From an uncultured Planctomycetota bacterium (GTDB taxonomy: Bacteria; Planctomycetota; Planctomycetia; Isosphaerales; Isosphaeraceae): 64,000 nt of DNA. Where the stretch lies: NCBI GenBank assembly GCA_963823665.1, contig CAWGMQ010000010.1:1984001-2048000 (forward strand), in the 5' to 3' direction. Positions 17,892-29,056 of the stretch are shown one piece after another (within the stretch, counting starts at the first letter, position 1; every line of letters starts with the position of its first letter). The position numbers were made by a program, and so were the translations under genes. The notes below the pieces were generated by a model. The model ran no database searches. It had not been told where the DNA came from and saw only the letters and a program-made list of their open reading frames with translations.

Positions 17892-20800
17892 GTGTCGTTC
17901 ACCATTTCGGTTGAGAACACCAGGCAGACCGTGCGCAGCGCGCGGTGGAACCGATTGCACTCGCCCGATCGGGCCATCCGTTCGAGACGGCTATCGTGGG
18001 AAGCGATCGAGGATCGCATCCTGCTGGCCGGGTTAACCGCGTTTGTCGATCCCGACCCTGCGCCGGGCAATCAATTTGGCGCGGCGGTGGTCGTGCTCAG
18101 CACGGGCAACGTGGTCGTCACAGCGCCGGACGACAACGCGGGTGGCACGGGTGCGGGGGCCGTTTATCTGTTCAATGGCACGACCGGCGCGCTGATCAGC
18201 ACTCTCATCGGTTCGCACGCCGGCGACAACATCGGCAGCGGCGGCGTGACGGCCCTCGCCGACGGCAACTACGTTGTGGAGAGCCCCAACTGGACCAACG
18301 GTGCGGCCGCCGATCTTGGCGCGGTCACGTGGGGCAGCGGCACGGCCGGCGCGAGCGGTCCCGTCAGTGCCACGAACAGCCTGGTCGGCAGTACGGCGAA
18401 TGACTCTGTCGGCTCCAGCGGCGTGGCGGCCCTGCCCGACGGCAACTACGTGGTGGACAGCCCCACCTGGAGCAACGGCGCGGCCGCCAATGCCGGAGCG
18501 GTCACGTGGGGCAGCGGCACGGCCGGCGTCAGCGGCCCCGTCAGTGCCACGAACAGTCTGGTCGGGAGTACGGCGGGTGACTCTGTCGGCGGCAACGGCG
18601 TGACGGCCCTGAGCAACGGCAACTACGTCGTAGACAGCCCCACCTGGACCAACGGCGCGGCCGCCTCTGCGGGCGCGGTCACGTGGGGCAGCGGCACGGC
18701 CGGCATCAGCGGTCCCATCAGCGCCACGAACAGCCTGGTCGGCAGTACGGCAAACGATCAGGTCGGCGGCGACGGCGGCAGCGGCGACAGCGGTGACGGC
18801 GTGACGGCCCTGAGCAACGGCAACTACGTGGTGAACAGCCCCGACTGGACCGACGCCGCGGCCGCCGTTGTGGGCGCGGTCACGTGGGGCAGCGGCACGG
18901 CCGGCGTCAGCGGTCCCGTCAGCGCCACGAACAGCCTGGTCGGCAGTACGGATGGTGACTCTGTCGGCTTCGGCGTGACGGCCCTGAGCAACGGCAACTA
19001 TGTGGTAAGCAGCCCCTTCTGGACCAACGGCGCGGCCGCCTCTGCCGGCGCGGTCACGTGGGGCAGCGGTACGGCCGGCGTCAGCGGCGCCGTCAGTGCC
19101 GAGAACAGCCTGGTCGGCAGTACGGCGAATGACGATGTCGGCGGCGGTGCCGGCGACGGTGTGACGGCCCTGACCAACGGCAACTACGTGGTGACCAGCC
19201 CCGGCTGGACCAACGGCGCGGCCGCCTCTGCGGGCGCGGTCACGTGGGGCAGCGGCACGGCCGGCGTCAGCGGTCCCGTCAGTGCCACGAATAGCCTGGT
19301 TGGCAGTACGGCGAATGACTCTGTCGGCACCAGCGTGATGCCCCTGAGCAACGGCAGCTACGTGGTGAGCAGCCTCTACTGGAACAACGCCGCAGGCGCG
19401 GCCACGTGGGGCAGCGGCACGGCCGGCGTCAGCGGTCCCGTCAGTGTCACGAACAGCCTGGTCGGCAGTTCGGCGAATGACTCTGTCGGCAACGGCGGCG
19501 TGACCCCCCTGAGCAACGGCAACTACGTGGTGGACAGCCCCACCTGGACCAACGGCGCGGCCGCCAATGCCGGCGCGGTCACGTGGGGCAGCGGCACGGC
19601 CGGCGTCAGCGGTCCCGTCAGCGCCACGAACAGCCTGGTCGGCAGTACGGCGAATGACTCCGTCGGCTTCGACATCGGCTTCGTAACGGCCCTGAGCAAC
19701 GGCAACTACGTGGTGGACAGCCCCGGCTGGACCAACGGCGCGGCCGCCTCTGTGGGCGCGGTCACGTGGGGCAGCGGCACGGCCGGCGTCAGCGGTCCCG
19801 TCAGTGCCACGAACAGTCTGGTCGGCACTACGGCGAATGACCAGGTTGGCTTCGGCGGCGTGACGCCCCTGAGCAACGGCAACTACGTGGTGACCAGCCC
19901 TGACTGGAACAACGGCCCGGCCGGCGAAGCGGGCGCGGTCACGTGGGGCAGCGGCACGGCCGGCGTCAGCGGCCCCGTCAGTGCCACGAACAGCCTGGTC
20001 GACAGTACGGCGAATGACGATGTCGGCAACAGCGTGATCGCCCTGAGCAATGGCAACTACGTGGTGGACAGCTCCACCTGGGCCAACGGCACGGCTGCCG
20101 ATGCAGGCGCGGTCACGTGGGGCAGCGGCACGGCCGGCATCAGCGGTCCCATCAGCGCCACGAACAGCCTGGTCGGCAGTACGGCGAATGAATATGTCGG
20201 CGGTACGGCGAATGACAATATCGGCAGCGGCAACGCCGCCGTCAACTACGGCGGCGTGACGGCCTTGAGCAACGGCAACTACGTGGTGAGCAGCCCCAAC
20301 TGGAACAACGGCGCGTGGCGCGGTCACGTGGGGCAGCGGCACGGCCGGCGTCAGCGGCACCATTTCCACCACGAATAGCGCCATCGGGTCGGTCGCCAAC
20401 AGCGGGCTGGGAACGCTCGTATTGGACAATGTGGACGGCACATTCTTCGCCCCGTTCGTGACCGATGGGGGCGGCCAGGTGAGCGTCGGGTCGCAGGGCA
20501 CGGGCATTGCGGCCGCCCCTACGCCTACGCCGACGCCGACCCCGAAGCCGACGCCGAAGCCGACCCCGACACTTCCGCAAGTGCTTGCAATAGCCGGGGT
20601 GTCCTCCAAGAAAGGCCTGACCTCGTTCACCGTCAGCTACAACGAGCCACTGAGCTCGAGCGCGGCGAGCAGTTCTGGCCTGTACCAGGTCTTCGCGGTC
20701 GTGACGAAGATCGTGAAGAAGCATAAGGAGCCGCTCTTCACCAAAACGCTGGCGATCCGGAGCGTCAGTCTCAATAGTACCAGCAGCACGGTGACGATCA

Positions 20801-20928
20801 ACCTGGCCAAGCCATTCAAGGGCCGGGTCCAGGTGCTGGTCCAGGGAAACATCACCGCCGGCAACGGAGCCGCGAACAGCGTTCATTTCACGCAGGATCT
20901 TCGATCGAGCATGCGTCGCGATCATTGA
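17892..20928 (+). CDS. Large extracellular repeat protein (DUF5650-type repeats, PT/PK linker, C-terminal beta domain), frameshift ~20315
   Basis: AGGAG plus GTG; WEAIEDRILLA leader; 12 copies of G(N/S)YVVxSPxWxNGxAAxAGAVTWGSGTAGVSGPVSATNSLVGST; continuation with PTPTPTPTPKPTPKPTPT. Confidence 0.85.
18260..20390 (+). repeat. Intragenic tandem repeat, 12 units of about 165-220 bp
   Basis: Near-invariant core CACGTGGGGCAGCGGCACGGCCGGC recurring in each unit. Confidence 0.9.
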
Positions 20929-22410
20929 CGGGAGAGGAAACTGGGACGCAGCTAGTATTGCGACGGAGAGGAGAAGTGACAGCTTGAACGCGGCGAGCGA
21001 CCGCGGCGATGATCGCCTCCTCGACTTCCGGCGACCAGCTTGCCGGCAACCCGTAGTAGAGCATGGCCCCTCCGCCTTCGTATCCTCCTTCGTCGAGGAC
21101 GCGTTTTGACGGGATGTAAGCCATCACGTCGTTGCAATACGCGGAAACCCAGGTCGATGAGGAACCCAGGTTGCGTTTGATTCTGAGCGTGTAGTCCACG
21201 ACCACCTCGCCTCCCAGGAATATCCAGGTCAGATCGCCCAACCGCCAGGCCTGGACCGGGTAGGGATAGGTTTTTTCCAGCGACCCGCGCCGATTGATCG
21301 TCTCGAGCAAGAGCCGCGCACGGCTGGCGGTGTAGAAGTTCGAGGATTTCGTGTCACGCTCAATATCATCGCGGGAGGGCAGGGGACCGAACGCGAGTGG
21401 AAGCTCCTCGTAGGTGGTGCTCAAACCCCCCGTCACGCTCCGCAGCGGCCCGGCCAGCACCGCGTTTGTGCTTGCGGCAAGCTGCTTCCCGTACCGGGCC
21501 GCCAGCTCCAGCGACCGTCTCGGAATCGGGTTCTGATCGCCGCCGCAGCCCGCGACGAACATCGCCTGGGCTCCGTGATGAGCCGACTCAAGTTCCAATT
21601 GCGCGAATCCCGCGTAGTCTCCACAGAACTCATAACCGTCGAGCACCGTGCAATGACACGCATATCCGAAAACGGCGGCTAGCAGGCTTCCGTCAACCCG
21701 ATCCACGCGCAGCACCGGCACATCGTGATCGACAGGTCCCCGCAGCTCCAGCCGATCGCGCAGCGCGGGAACCTCGGCTTCCTTGTTGGTTCGCCGATTG
21801 ACCGCGAAATCCGAGCGGCCGTTGCCATAGCACAGCCGCGCCTCCGCCAGGCGGCTGCTCGCCTGCTCGCTGATTCGCACGAGCGTTTCTTCGAGCGATG
21901 CGGCGAATTGCTTTACCAGCTCGATCCCCCGTGGATCGAGCTGGTACATGGACATCAGGTTATTGCCGACGACGGGGCCCGAATGCGTGTGCGAGCAGGC
22001 GATCACGATCTTGTCGCGCTCGAGCCCAAGACGCTTTTCGATGGAGTCTCGAACGCGATTCGAGAGATCGCGGCCGATCCCGCAAACGTCTAGCGTGATC
22101 AGAACCACACGATGTCCGTTCGGGTCCTCGAGTGCGAGTGCCTTGGCCCAGAGGTCGTGCACCACCCCTTGCGACGGCTTGTTCCGCGCAGCGTAGCCCG
22201 ACATCCACATGGGCGACTTGGGTGTGATGACGGCCCGCGCGGTTCCGGCCTTCCACGAGGGCTCGGCCGCATCGGCGGCGGTTGAGTCGGGCTGCAGAGT
22301 CGCGCCCGCCGCTGTCATTGCGAGCGCCGTGATCCATATCCGGCGGAATCGCCCGATGGATAATCGCCAGCTCAAGTGCGTCTCCAAGATTCTGTTTATC
22401 GAATGGCAGG
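20888..22410 (-). CDS. Neutral/alkaline ceramidase-family hydrolase, secreted
   Basis: WKAGTARAVITP..MSGYAAR, SHTHSGP, YACHCT, GCGGDQNP, GGEVVVDY, EGGYEG; start uncertain. Confidence 0.85.
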
Positions 22411-22720
22411 AAATGCTCGGCGCCTGCCGTTGGAGTGAGCGAGGCAATCGTACCGCCCTTGATTTCGTTGGTAAAGTACTTCGAGAGCTGCGCAGGCTCC
22501 GCCAAGCCTCAGCAAAGTTCATAGTCGCACAAACACGCCTCAACGTGATTGCGCGGCTGCGTCGGGCCATTGTCCCGCGGTTCGTACCGCCGATTCGGCA
22601 TCTTACTGAACATCGGTGCCGATCGAAAAATGTCGGTTTTTTCTCCGATTCGATTGGAACCCTCACTTGCAAGATTCAAAAGACTCAAGTACCATGCCCC
22701 CGCGCTTTGCCAGGCGCCCA

Positions 22721-22762
22721 CACGGATGAAACCACGGATGAACACCAATCAACAGGGATGGG
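22721..22762 (+). repeat. Degenerate 10-bp period repeat (CACGGATGAA)
   Basis: CACGGATGAA-AC-CACGGATGAA-CACCAATCAA-CAGGGATGGG. Confidence 0.5.
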
Positions 22763-23121
22763 AAATGCTCATGAGAATCCGGCACTAGCGGGACGACACC
22801 GTCTGTCCTCTGCAACCCGCGCCCGTCCCAGGTTCCTGGGTCAACCCGAAGTTCGCGCCGGCGTTTCCTCCCTCTCGCGCCGGGACAGGGGAGAGCGGTC
22901 TTTCCCGTAGCGTCCAACCGCGCAGCGAAGCAATTCACCGCCCAGCGAGTCGGAGCGAACTGCTCATGGAACTTATTGCGCGATCGGAGGCTGGTATGAT
23001 AGTGCTCCGATCCTTTGTATTGGCGGTCAGTGTCGTCTTCACAGCAGCCATTGCGTATTAACCTACGCGTTCAGTCATGTTTTTCGTGGTCCCCGAAGAA
23101 GATCAGAACGGAGTCTGAACC

Positions 23122-24054
23122 ATGGCGAAGGTGCTCATTACCGGCGGCGCGGGCTATATCGGATCTGTCCTGGCGCCGCTGCTTCTCGCGGAAGGCCACC
23201 GCGTCGTCATCTTCGACGCGCTCATGTACGGCGCGCAGCCCCTGCTCGGATTCTCCACGCACCCGCGCGTCGAGATCGTAAAGGGCGACATTCGCGACCC
23301 GGCAGCCGTGGCCAAAGTGATGCGGGACCCCGATTGGATTCTGCATCTGGCCGCGATCGTCGGCTACCCTGCCTGCGCTGCGGATCCCCAGCTCAGCACC
23401 GCGACCAACGTCGACGGAACTCGCAATATCCTCGCGGCCATGGGGCGCGGCCAGCGTCTGATCTTCGCCTCGACCGGCTCCACGTACGGCAAGGTCGAAG
23501 GCGTCGCGACCGAGGAAACCCCGATCGCACCGCTGACGCTCTACGGGCGCACCAAGCGCGATGCTGAAATGCTCATTCGCGACGCCGATCGCGAGCACAT
23601 CATCCTTCGGTTCGCGACCGTGTTCGGCAGCTCGCCCCGGTTGCGGCTTGACCTCCTGGTCAATGACTTCGTCTACCAGGCACTGCACAACCGGCAGATC
23701 GTCCTCTTCGAGGGCTTCTTCCGCCGGACGTTCCTGCACTCGGCCGACGCTGCCGCGATTTATCCGTTTGCCATGTCGCACTTCGACGCGATGCGCGGCA
23801 AGGTCTTTAACGTCGGCGACGAATCAATGAACTACACGAAGCGCGAGATCACGCTGAAGATCAAGGAATATGTCGACTTTTATCTTCACGAAGCCGCGAT
23901 CGGCAGCGACCCCGACCAGCGTGACTACGAAGTCGATTACAACCGGCTCAAATCGGTGGGGTTCCGCGCCAACGTCGGCCTCGATGAAGGGATCCTCGAG
24001 CTGGTGAAAATCCTGCGTGTGCTCTCGATCTCGAACCCTCTTCGGAACGCTTGA
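23122..24054 (+). CDS. NAD-dependent epimerase/dehydratase (extended SDR)
   Basis: TGGAGYIG, HLAAIVG, YGRTK (YxxxK). Confidence 0.9.
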   Translation: MAKVLITGGAGYIGSVLAPLLLAEGHRVVIFDALMYGAQPLLGFSTHPRVEIVKGDIRDPAAVAKVMRDPDWILHLAAIVGYPACAADPQLSTATNVDGTRNILAAMGRGQRLIFASTGSTYGKVEGVATEETPIAPLTLYGRTKRDAEMLIRDADREHIILRFATVFGSSPRLRLDLLVNDFVYQALHNRQIVLFEGFFRRTFLHSADAAAIYPFAMSHFDAMRGKVFNVGDESMNYTKREITLKIKEYVDFYLHEAAIGSDPDQRDYEVDYNRLKSVGFRANVGLDEGILELVKILRVLSISNPLRNA

Positions 24055-24074
24055 TTCTTCGAGGAAACATCACC

Positions 24075-25010
24075 ATGGAACGCGTTCTCCTGACGGGCGG
24101 CAGCGGTTTCTTCGGCCGGCGGATTGCCGAGGCCCTGCGCCGGCACGGTTTCGAAGTCGCCACTCCCGGCCGTCCCGATTTCAACCTACTCGACTCATCC
24201 AGCACGATCCGCACGCTCGAGGCGGTGCGCCCCGGGATCGTCGTGCACTCGGCCGCCTATTACGGTGGCCTTGGCATCTGCATGGCCGAGCCCGCGCAGA
24301 TCTTCCATCACAATGTGCTGATGGGTGTGAACCTGTTCGATGCCGCCGCCCGCACCGGCGTGCGCAAGATCATGGCCATCGGCTCGGCGTGCTCGTATCC
24401 CGGCGGCGTGGCCGGCAACATGAGGGAAGACGACTTCTGGTCGGGGCCGCTCCACCCATCGGTCGAAGCTTATGGCTTCACCAAGAAGGTGCTGGAAGTC
24501 GGTCTCCGCGCGTACGGCCGCGGCAACGGCTTGATCGGCCAGATGCCGGTCGTCACCAATCTGTACGGCGAGTACGACGTTTTCGGTGAATACCGTTCCC
24601 ATGTCGCGGCGGCCCTTATCAAGAAGTTTGCCGATGCGGCGATTTCGCGGGCAGATCACGTCGTTTGCTGGGGTACAGGCGCGCCGGTGCGCGAGTTCAT
24701 CTATTCCGGCGACGCCGCCGAGGCCGTCGCGCGGCTGCTCGAGTGCGGCTACACCGAGCCGCTCAATATCGGCACCGGCATCGGCACCACGATCAAGGAG
24801 CTTGCCGAGATGGTCGCCCGCTTGACGGGCTTCCGCGGCAAGATCGTGTGGGATACGTCGAAAGCCGACGGCGTCCTGCGCAAGGTGCTCGACGTCTCGC
24901 GAATGGAGAGCATCCTGGGCTGGAAGCCCCCAACCAGCCTCGAAGCTGGTTTGACCAGGACGATCCGGTGGTACATGGAGCACAAGGCCGAAGCAGATGC
25001 GCGGCAGTGA
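24075..25010 (+). CDS. fcl: GDP-L-fucose synthase-like epimerase/reductase
   Basis: TGGSGFFG, GSACSYP, YGFTK, NLYG, SHVAAALIKKF, WGTGAPVREFIY, WDTSKADG. Confidence 0.8.
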   Translation: MERVLLTGGSGFFGRRIAEALRRHGFEVATPGRPDFNLLDSSSTIRTLEAVRPGIVVHSAAYYGGLGICMAEPAQIFHHNVLMGVNLFDAAARTGVRKIMAIGSACSYPGGVAGNMREDDFWSGPLHPSVEAYGFTKKVLEVGLRAYGRGNGLIGQMPVVTNLYGEYDVFGEYRSHVAAALIKKFADAAISRADHVVCWGTGAPVREFIYSGDAAEAVARLLECGYTEPLNIGTGIGTTIKELAEMVARLTGFRGKIVWDTSKADGVLRKVLDVSRMESILGWKPPTSLEAGLTRTIRWYMEHKAEADARQ

Positions 25011-25086
25011 ACGGACGCTCAGTTTGCGAAGCCTGGCCGTTCGATCTGCCGTCGGGCCTTCTCGCGCTCGCCGGGCAGCGCGTATT

Positions 25087-25650
25087 CTACCTCCAGACAT
25101 TAACGATCATGTGCGTGCACCATGCGATGATCCAGACGCCGCCGAGCAGCCGCGCTGAAGACTCGACCCAATCATGACTGCGCCGCCACCCTCCCTGCAG
25201 ACCGACGATCACCCAGGCCACCAGGATCACCGGGGCGAGCCGATACGGCGCGCTGATTGCAATCATGTTGTTGTGCAGCCACGCTGGGCTCCTATTGCTG
25301 CCGCCTGCCATGTACGGCATGAAGTTCGCGGCGGCTTGCAGGACGTTTGTGGCGACGGTTGACGCGACTGCAACCCCAGCGAGGAATCCGGGCTGCCGTG
25401 CCAGCCGGCGCAGTCGCGGCCGGGGCGCGACCAAGCTGAGGCCGAGAAGTCCAATTTGCACGGGCATCAACACCAGGCACGCGGCCAGGGCCCAGCTCCA
25501 CCAAGTGCGCGCGACGCCCATCGTGCTGAACACGGTCTGCTCATTGAACAGGTAGCTGCGACCCAGCCAAAGGCCCACACCCGTCGAGGCGACAAGAACT
25601 GCGGTGTCGCTCAAAGTAAATCGGCGCCGGGTTGTGTCTCGTTGCCCCAT
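25087..25650 (-). CDS. Hypothetical membrane protein
   Basis: RRFTLSD leader, about 5 TM segments, PRPRLRRLARQPGF. Confidence 0.75.
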   Translation of the reverse strand: MGQRDTTRRRFTLSDTAVLVASTGVGLWLGRSYLFNEQTVFSTMGVARTWWSWALAACLVLMPVQIGLLGLSLVAPRPRLRRLARQPGFLAGVAVASTVATNVLQAAANFMPYMAGGSNRSPAWLHNNMIAISAPYRLAPVILVAWVIVGLQGGWRRSHDWVESSARLLGGVWIIAWCTHMIVNVWR

Positions 25651-25713
25651 CGGATCGTCGCCTCCCTGCGCCGCTGAGCGCTCAAGGCTCTAGCCGGCAA
25701 CTGCCGCGACGCC

Positions 25714-25959
25714 TCACGCCCTCGGCCGCTTGCGGCCCGACCCGTTCGTTCGCGGCGGGATCTCCAGGTCGGTCACCAGCAGCAAATCGATGATATTCAA
25801 GGTGTCGTCCGGCTGGCAAACCACAATCGTCCGCCCGCTCGGTACCGTCATCATAAACTCGCGATGTCGGACGGGAACCTCGCGTCCATCAGCCAAATGG
25901 ATGACGAAAGGCCGAAATGGCTCGGCGTTGTACGCGTTTCGAAGCTGCTCGACGGTTAT
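25714..25959 (-). CDS. Small conserved hypothetical protein ('PFRPF.I.LADG' family); apparent start codon is ATA
   Basis: (I)TVEQLRNAYNAEPFRPFVIHLADGREVPVRH; paralog of 45173-45415. Confidence 0.7.
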   Translation of the reverse strand: MTVEQLRNAYNAEPFRPFVIHLADGREVPVRHREFMMTVPSGRTIVVCQPDDTLNIIDLLLVTDLEIPPRTNGSGRKRPRA

Positions 25960-25975
25960 CGCGGAATCCCTTCGA

Positions 25976-27296
25976 TCAAGGTCCGGCCAAGCTTGTTATC
26001 AGTTGAATGATCGGCATGTACACCGCGAGGATGATGAAGAATACAATCCCGCCTAAGAGCACCATCATGATCGGCTGAATCAGGTGCCCCAGGCTGGCGA
26101 CCATGACTTCGACCTGTTCGTCGTAATCATCGGCCAGGTGCACAAGGGCCTCGGGCAGCTTGCCGGTTTCTTCGCCCGAAGTGATCACCGCGATGACGTC
26201 GTAGCTGAATTGCTTCGGAACGGGCCAGCGTCGTACTCAACTCGCTGCCCGAGACGATCTCTTGCCGAGAAGCTCGCACCGCGTTTTGGATGGGGCTCAT
26301 CCTCAAAACATCCGCTGTCAGGTCGATGGAGCTGCCGATGTCGACGCCGGCGTCGAGCAAGACCGACAGAGTGCGTGCGAACCGCGTGGTGTCGAGCATC
26401 CGGCACAGTTTGCCGAAGACGGGCAGCCTGAGTGCAATCCGGTCCATCAGCGACTTTCCGCTGCTCGTCTTATAAGCTCGCACCAACAGAATCGGCGTCG
26501 CAATCATCACCACTGGAATGAGCCACCAGCCGATCACGCCGACAAACGAGCTGATCGCCATCAAGACCCGGCTGGCCAAAGGCAGTTGAATATTGCCGGC
26601 GATATCCTTGAGAATCGCCGCGAATTTGGGGAGCAGGAAGATCGTCACAAGAGCCACCACGACCGACGCGATGCCCAGCACGATCACCGGGTAGATCATG
26701 GCCGATCGTGCCTGGCGGATCAGTCGCTGCCGCGATTCATAATGCTGCGCCAGCATCCGCAGCGTTTCCGGAACACCGCCGCGCGTCTCGGCCACCTTGA
26801 TCATGTTCAGGAACATGGGCCCGAACGCCTGCGGTTCCCTGGCCATGGCTTCTTCAAGCGTCGACCCGCGCTGGATTGCCAGGTGCACACGCCCCAAGAT
26901 CGGCCCGAATGCGGTCCCCGTGAATTGGCGCTGCAGGCTCGATAGGGACCGGTTGAAATCGACGCCGGCGCCCAGATACGCGGCAAATTGCCGGCAGAAC
27001 TGCGCGAGCTGCCCTGTGCTGACTCGACCGAAGAGGATTCGCTCCCAGAGCGTCGGGCCCTTGGCGGGAGTCTCGAACTTGCCGCCGTAACTCACGTACG
27101 GCTTTTCCTCTGAGGGCTTCGAGACGGTTGCCTTCGCACGCTTCGGGTTTCGCGTCGCCGGCTCTCCGAGCGGGCTCGGCCGGAACGTCGATTGCCCTTC
27201 AAATTCCTCACCGGATCTCGCACCCTCGCCCGGCTCGGGCCGGGGACGCTGCCGCCTGGGCTTGGGAGGATCGAATTCGTCCCGGTCGACTGCCAT
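25976..27296 (-). CDS. pilC: Type II secretion F / PilC platform protein, frameshift ~26215
   Basis: FCRQFAAYLGAGV, MIKVAETRGG, AMIYP, RFARTLSVLLDAGV, SGEETGKLPEAL, LIQPIMMV. Confidence 0.9.
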
Positions 27297-27580
27297 GGCA
27301 ACTCCCTTTGGACGAGCGCGCCCGGCCCACTTCAAAGAATCAGCGCAACCGCGAGCCACGCGCTTCGTTCACCTTATCGTCGCTCGTAAGGCGCCTACGG
27401 TCAAGCAAAGTCGTTCGACATTTGTCGAAGCGAGACGAACGCGAGAGTGCGGTCGACCATCCGTTCGCTGCCAGATCTAGCAGCTCGTCAATTCCGTGTT
27501 CGGCGAGCGAGCGTTCTTCGCGCAACCTTGCGGCGTACTCACGCTCACCACGTTGGACCACATGTCATTCTCGCTGCATC

Positions 27581-29038
27581 TCACCTCGCGGTCCACTTGA
27601 GCACCGGGCTCTTCGCCGCCTTCACCTCGTCCGGCCGGCTGATCGGCGTGCTGTGGGGGGCATCGTGGAGCATTTGCGGATCTTCCTGGGCGATCTGCCT
27701 GAGCACTTTCGCGAAGGCTTCGAGTGTCTCGCGACTCTCGGTCTCGGTGGGCTCGACCATCATCGCCTCGGGCACGATCAGCGGGAAATACACGGTCGGT
27801 GCGTGGAAGTTGAAATCGATCAGTCGCTTGGCAATATCCATCGCGCGGATGCCGCGCTCCTTGGCCAGGCTCCGCGCTGATGCCACGAACTCGTGCATAC
27901 ACGAATCGCCAAATTGCACCGGATAGACATCGCGCACAAGCGACATCAGGTAGTTCGCGTTCAACACCGCGTTCTGGGCGATGCCTTTGAGCCCCTCGGG
28001 CCCGTGGGTTTTGATATAGCAGTAGGCGCGGAACAGGATGCCCGTGTTGCCGAAGAACGACCGGACCCGCCCGATCGCCTTGGTGCGGTTGTAATCCAGC
28101 AGGTACGTGCCGTCGGACCGCCGGGCGACCATCGGCGACGGAAGATAAGGCGCCAGGTGCTGCCGCACAGCGATCGGACCGGCTCCCGGCCCACCTCCGC
28201 CGTGTGGCCCGGAGAAGGTTTTGTGGCAGTTGTAGTGCATCAGGTCGACGCCCATGTCACCCGGGCGCACGACTCCCAGGATCGCGTTCATGTTTGCGCC
28301 GTCCAGATAGAGCAACGCGCCCCGGTCGTGAAGCAACCTGGCAATCTCGCCGATCTGCGGGTCGAAGAGCCCCACCGTGTTGGGGTTCGTGATCATGAAC
28401 ACAGCCGTCTCGTCGGAGAGCTTGGCCTTGAAGTCGGCGAGATCGACCAGCCCGCGAGCATCGCTCTTGATCGTCACGCACTCAAATCCGGCCAGATGCG
28501 CCGATGCGGGATTGGTGCCATGGGCGCTGTCCGGAATCAGCACCTGCGTCCGCTTTTTTCCGAGGTCCCAGAAATAGGCTGCGGCCACGAAGAGCGCCGT
28601 CAGCTCGCCCTGCGCGCCCGCCGCGGGCTGCAAGCTCACGGCGTGCAAGCCGGCGATTTCCGCCAGCATCTCCTGTAGCTCGAACAGAATCGCCAGCAAG
28701 CCCTGGAGCGTGCGCTCGTCCTGCATCGGGTGCTGCGCCGCCAGCCCGGGCAGAGCTCCCAGCCGCTCGTTGCGCTTGGGGTTGTACTTCATCGTGCACG
28801 AGCCGAGCGGATAGAAGTTCGAATCAATCGACATGTTCGTAGTCGAGAGATTCGTGTAGTGCCGTACCACGTCCAGCTCGGAAAGCTCCGGCAGAGGGGG
28901 CGGTGCAGCGCTCAAGTGGGCATCGGGAATGAGCGACGAAATCGGCTTCTCGGGCACGTCAGACCCTGGCAGAATCGCCGTGAAGCGTCCCGCACGACTC
29001 GACTCGAAGAGCAGGGGGGGCTGATCCAGTTTGTACAC
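27581..29038 (-). CDS. gcvPB: Glycine dehydrogenase subunit 2
   Basis: YPLGSCTMKYNP, SAHGTNPAS, YLDGANMNA, HKTFSGPHGGGGPG, MVEPTETE. Confidence 0.97.
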   Translation of the reverse strand: MYKLDQPPLLFESSRAGRFTAILPGSDVPEKPISSLIPDAHLSAAPPPLPELSELDVVRHYTNLSTTNMSIDSNFYPLGSCTMKYNPKRNERLGALPGLAAQHPMQDERTLQGLLAILFELQEMLAEIAGLHAVSLQPAAGAQGELTALFVAAAYFWDLGKKRTQVLIPDSAHGTNPASAHLAGFECVTIKSDARGLVDLADFKAKLSDETAVFMITNPNTVGLFDPQIGEIARLLHDRGALLYLDGANMNAILGVVRPGDMGVDLMHYNCHKTFSGPHGGGGPGAGPIAVRQHLAPYLPSPMVARRSDGTYLLDYNRTKAIGRVRSFFGNTGILFRAYCYIKTHGPEGLKGIAQNAVLNANYLMSLVRDVYPVQFGDSCMHEFVASARSLAKERGIRAMDIAKRLIDFNFHAPTVYFPLIVPEAMMVEPTETESRETLEAFAKVLRQIAQEDPQMLHDAPHSTPISRPDEVKAAKSPVLKWTAR

Positions 29039-29056
29039 AGTCGGGCTCCAAAACCA

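Noticed and set aside
18260..20390. Regular DNA repeats as a CRISPR array
   Set aside because: Units are in-frame coding repeats with conserved intervening sequence; no cas genes
18033..20630. 865-aa minus-strand ORF
   Set aside because: Antisense shadow of the repeat protein in GC-rich DNA
27340..27580. Small ORFs between pilC and gcvPB
   Set aside because: No recognisable motif or ribosome-binding site
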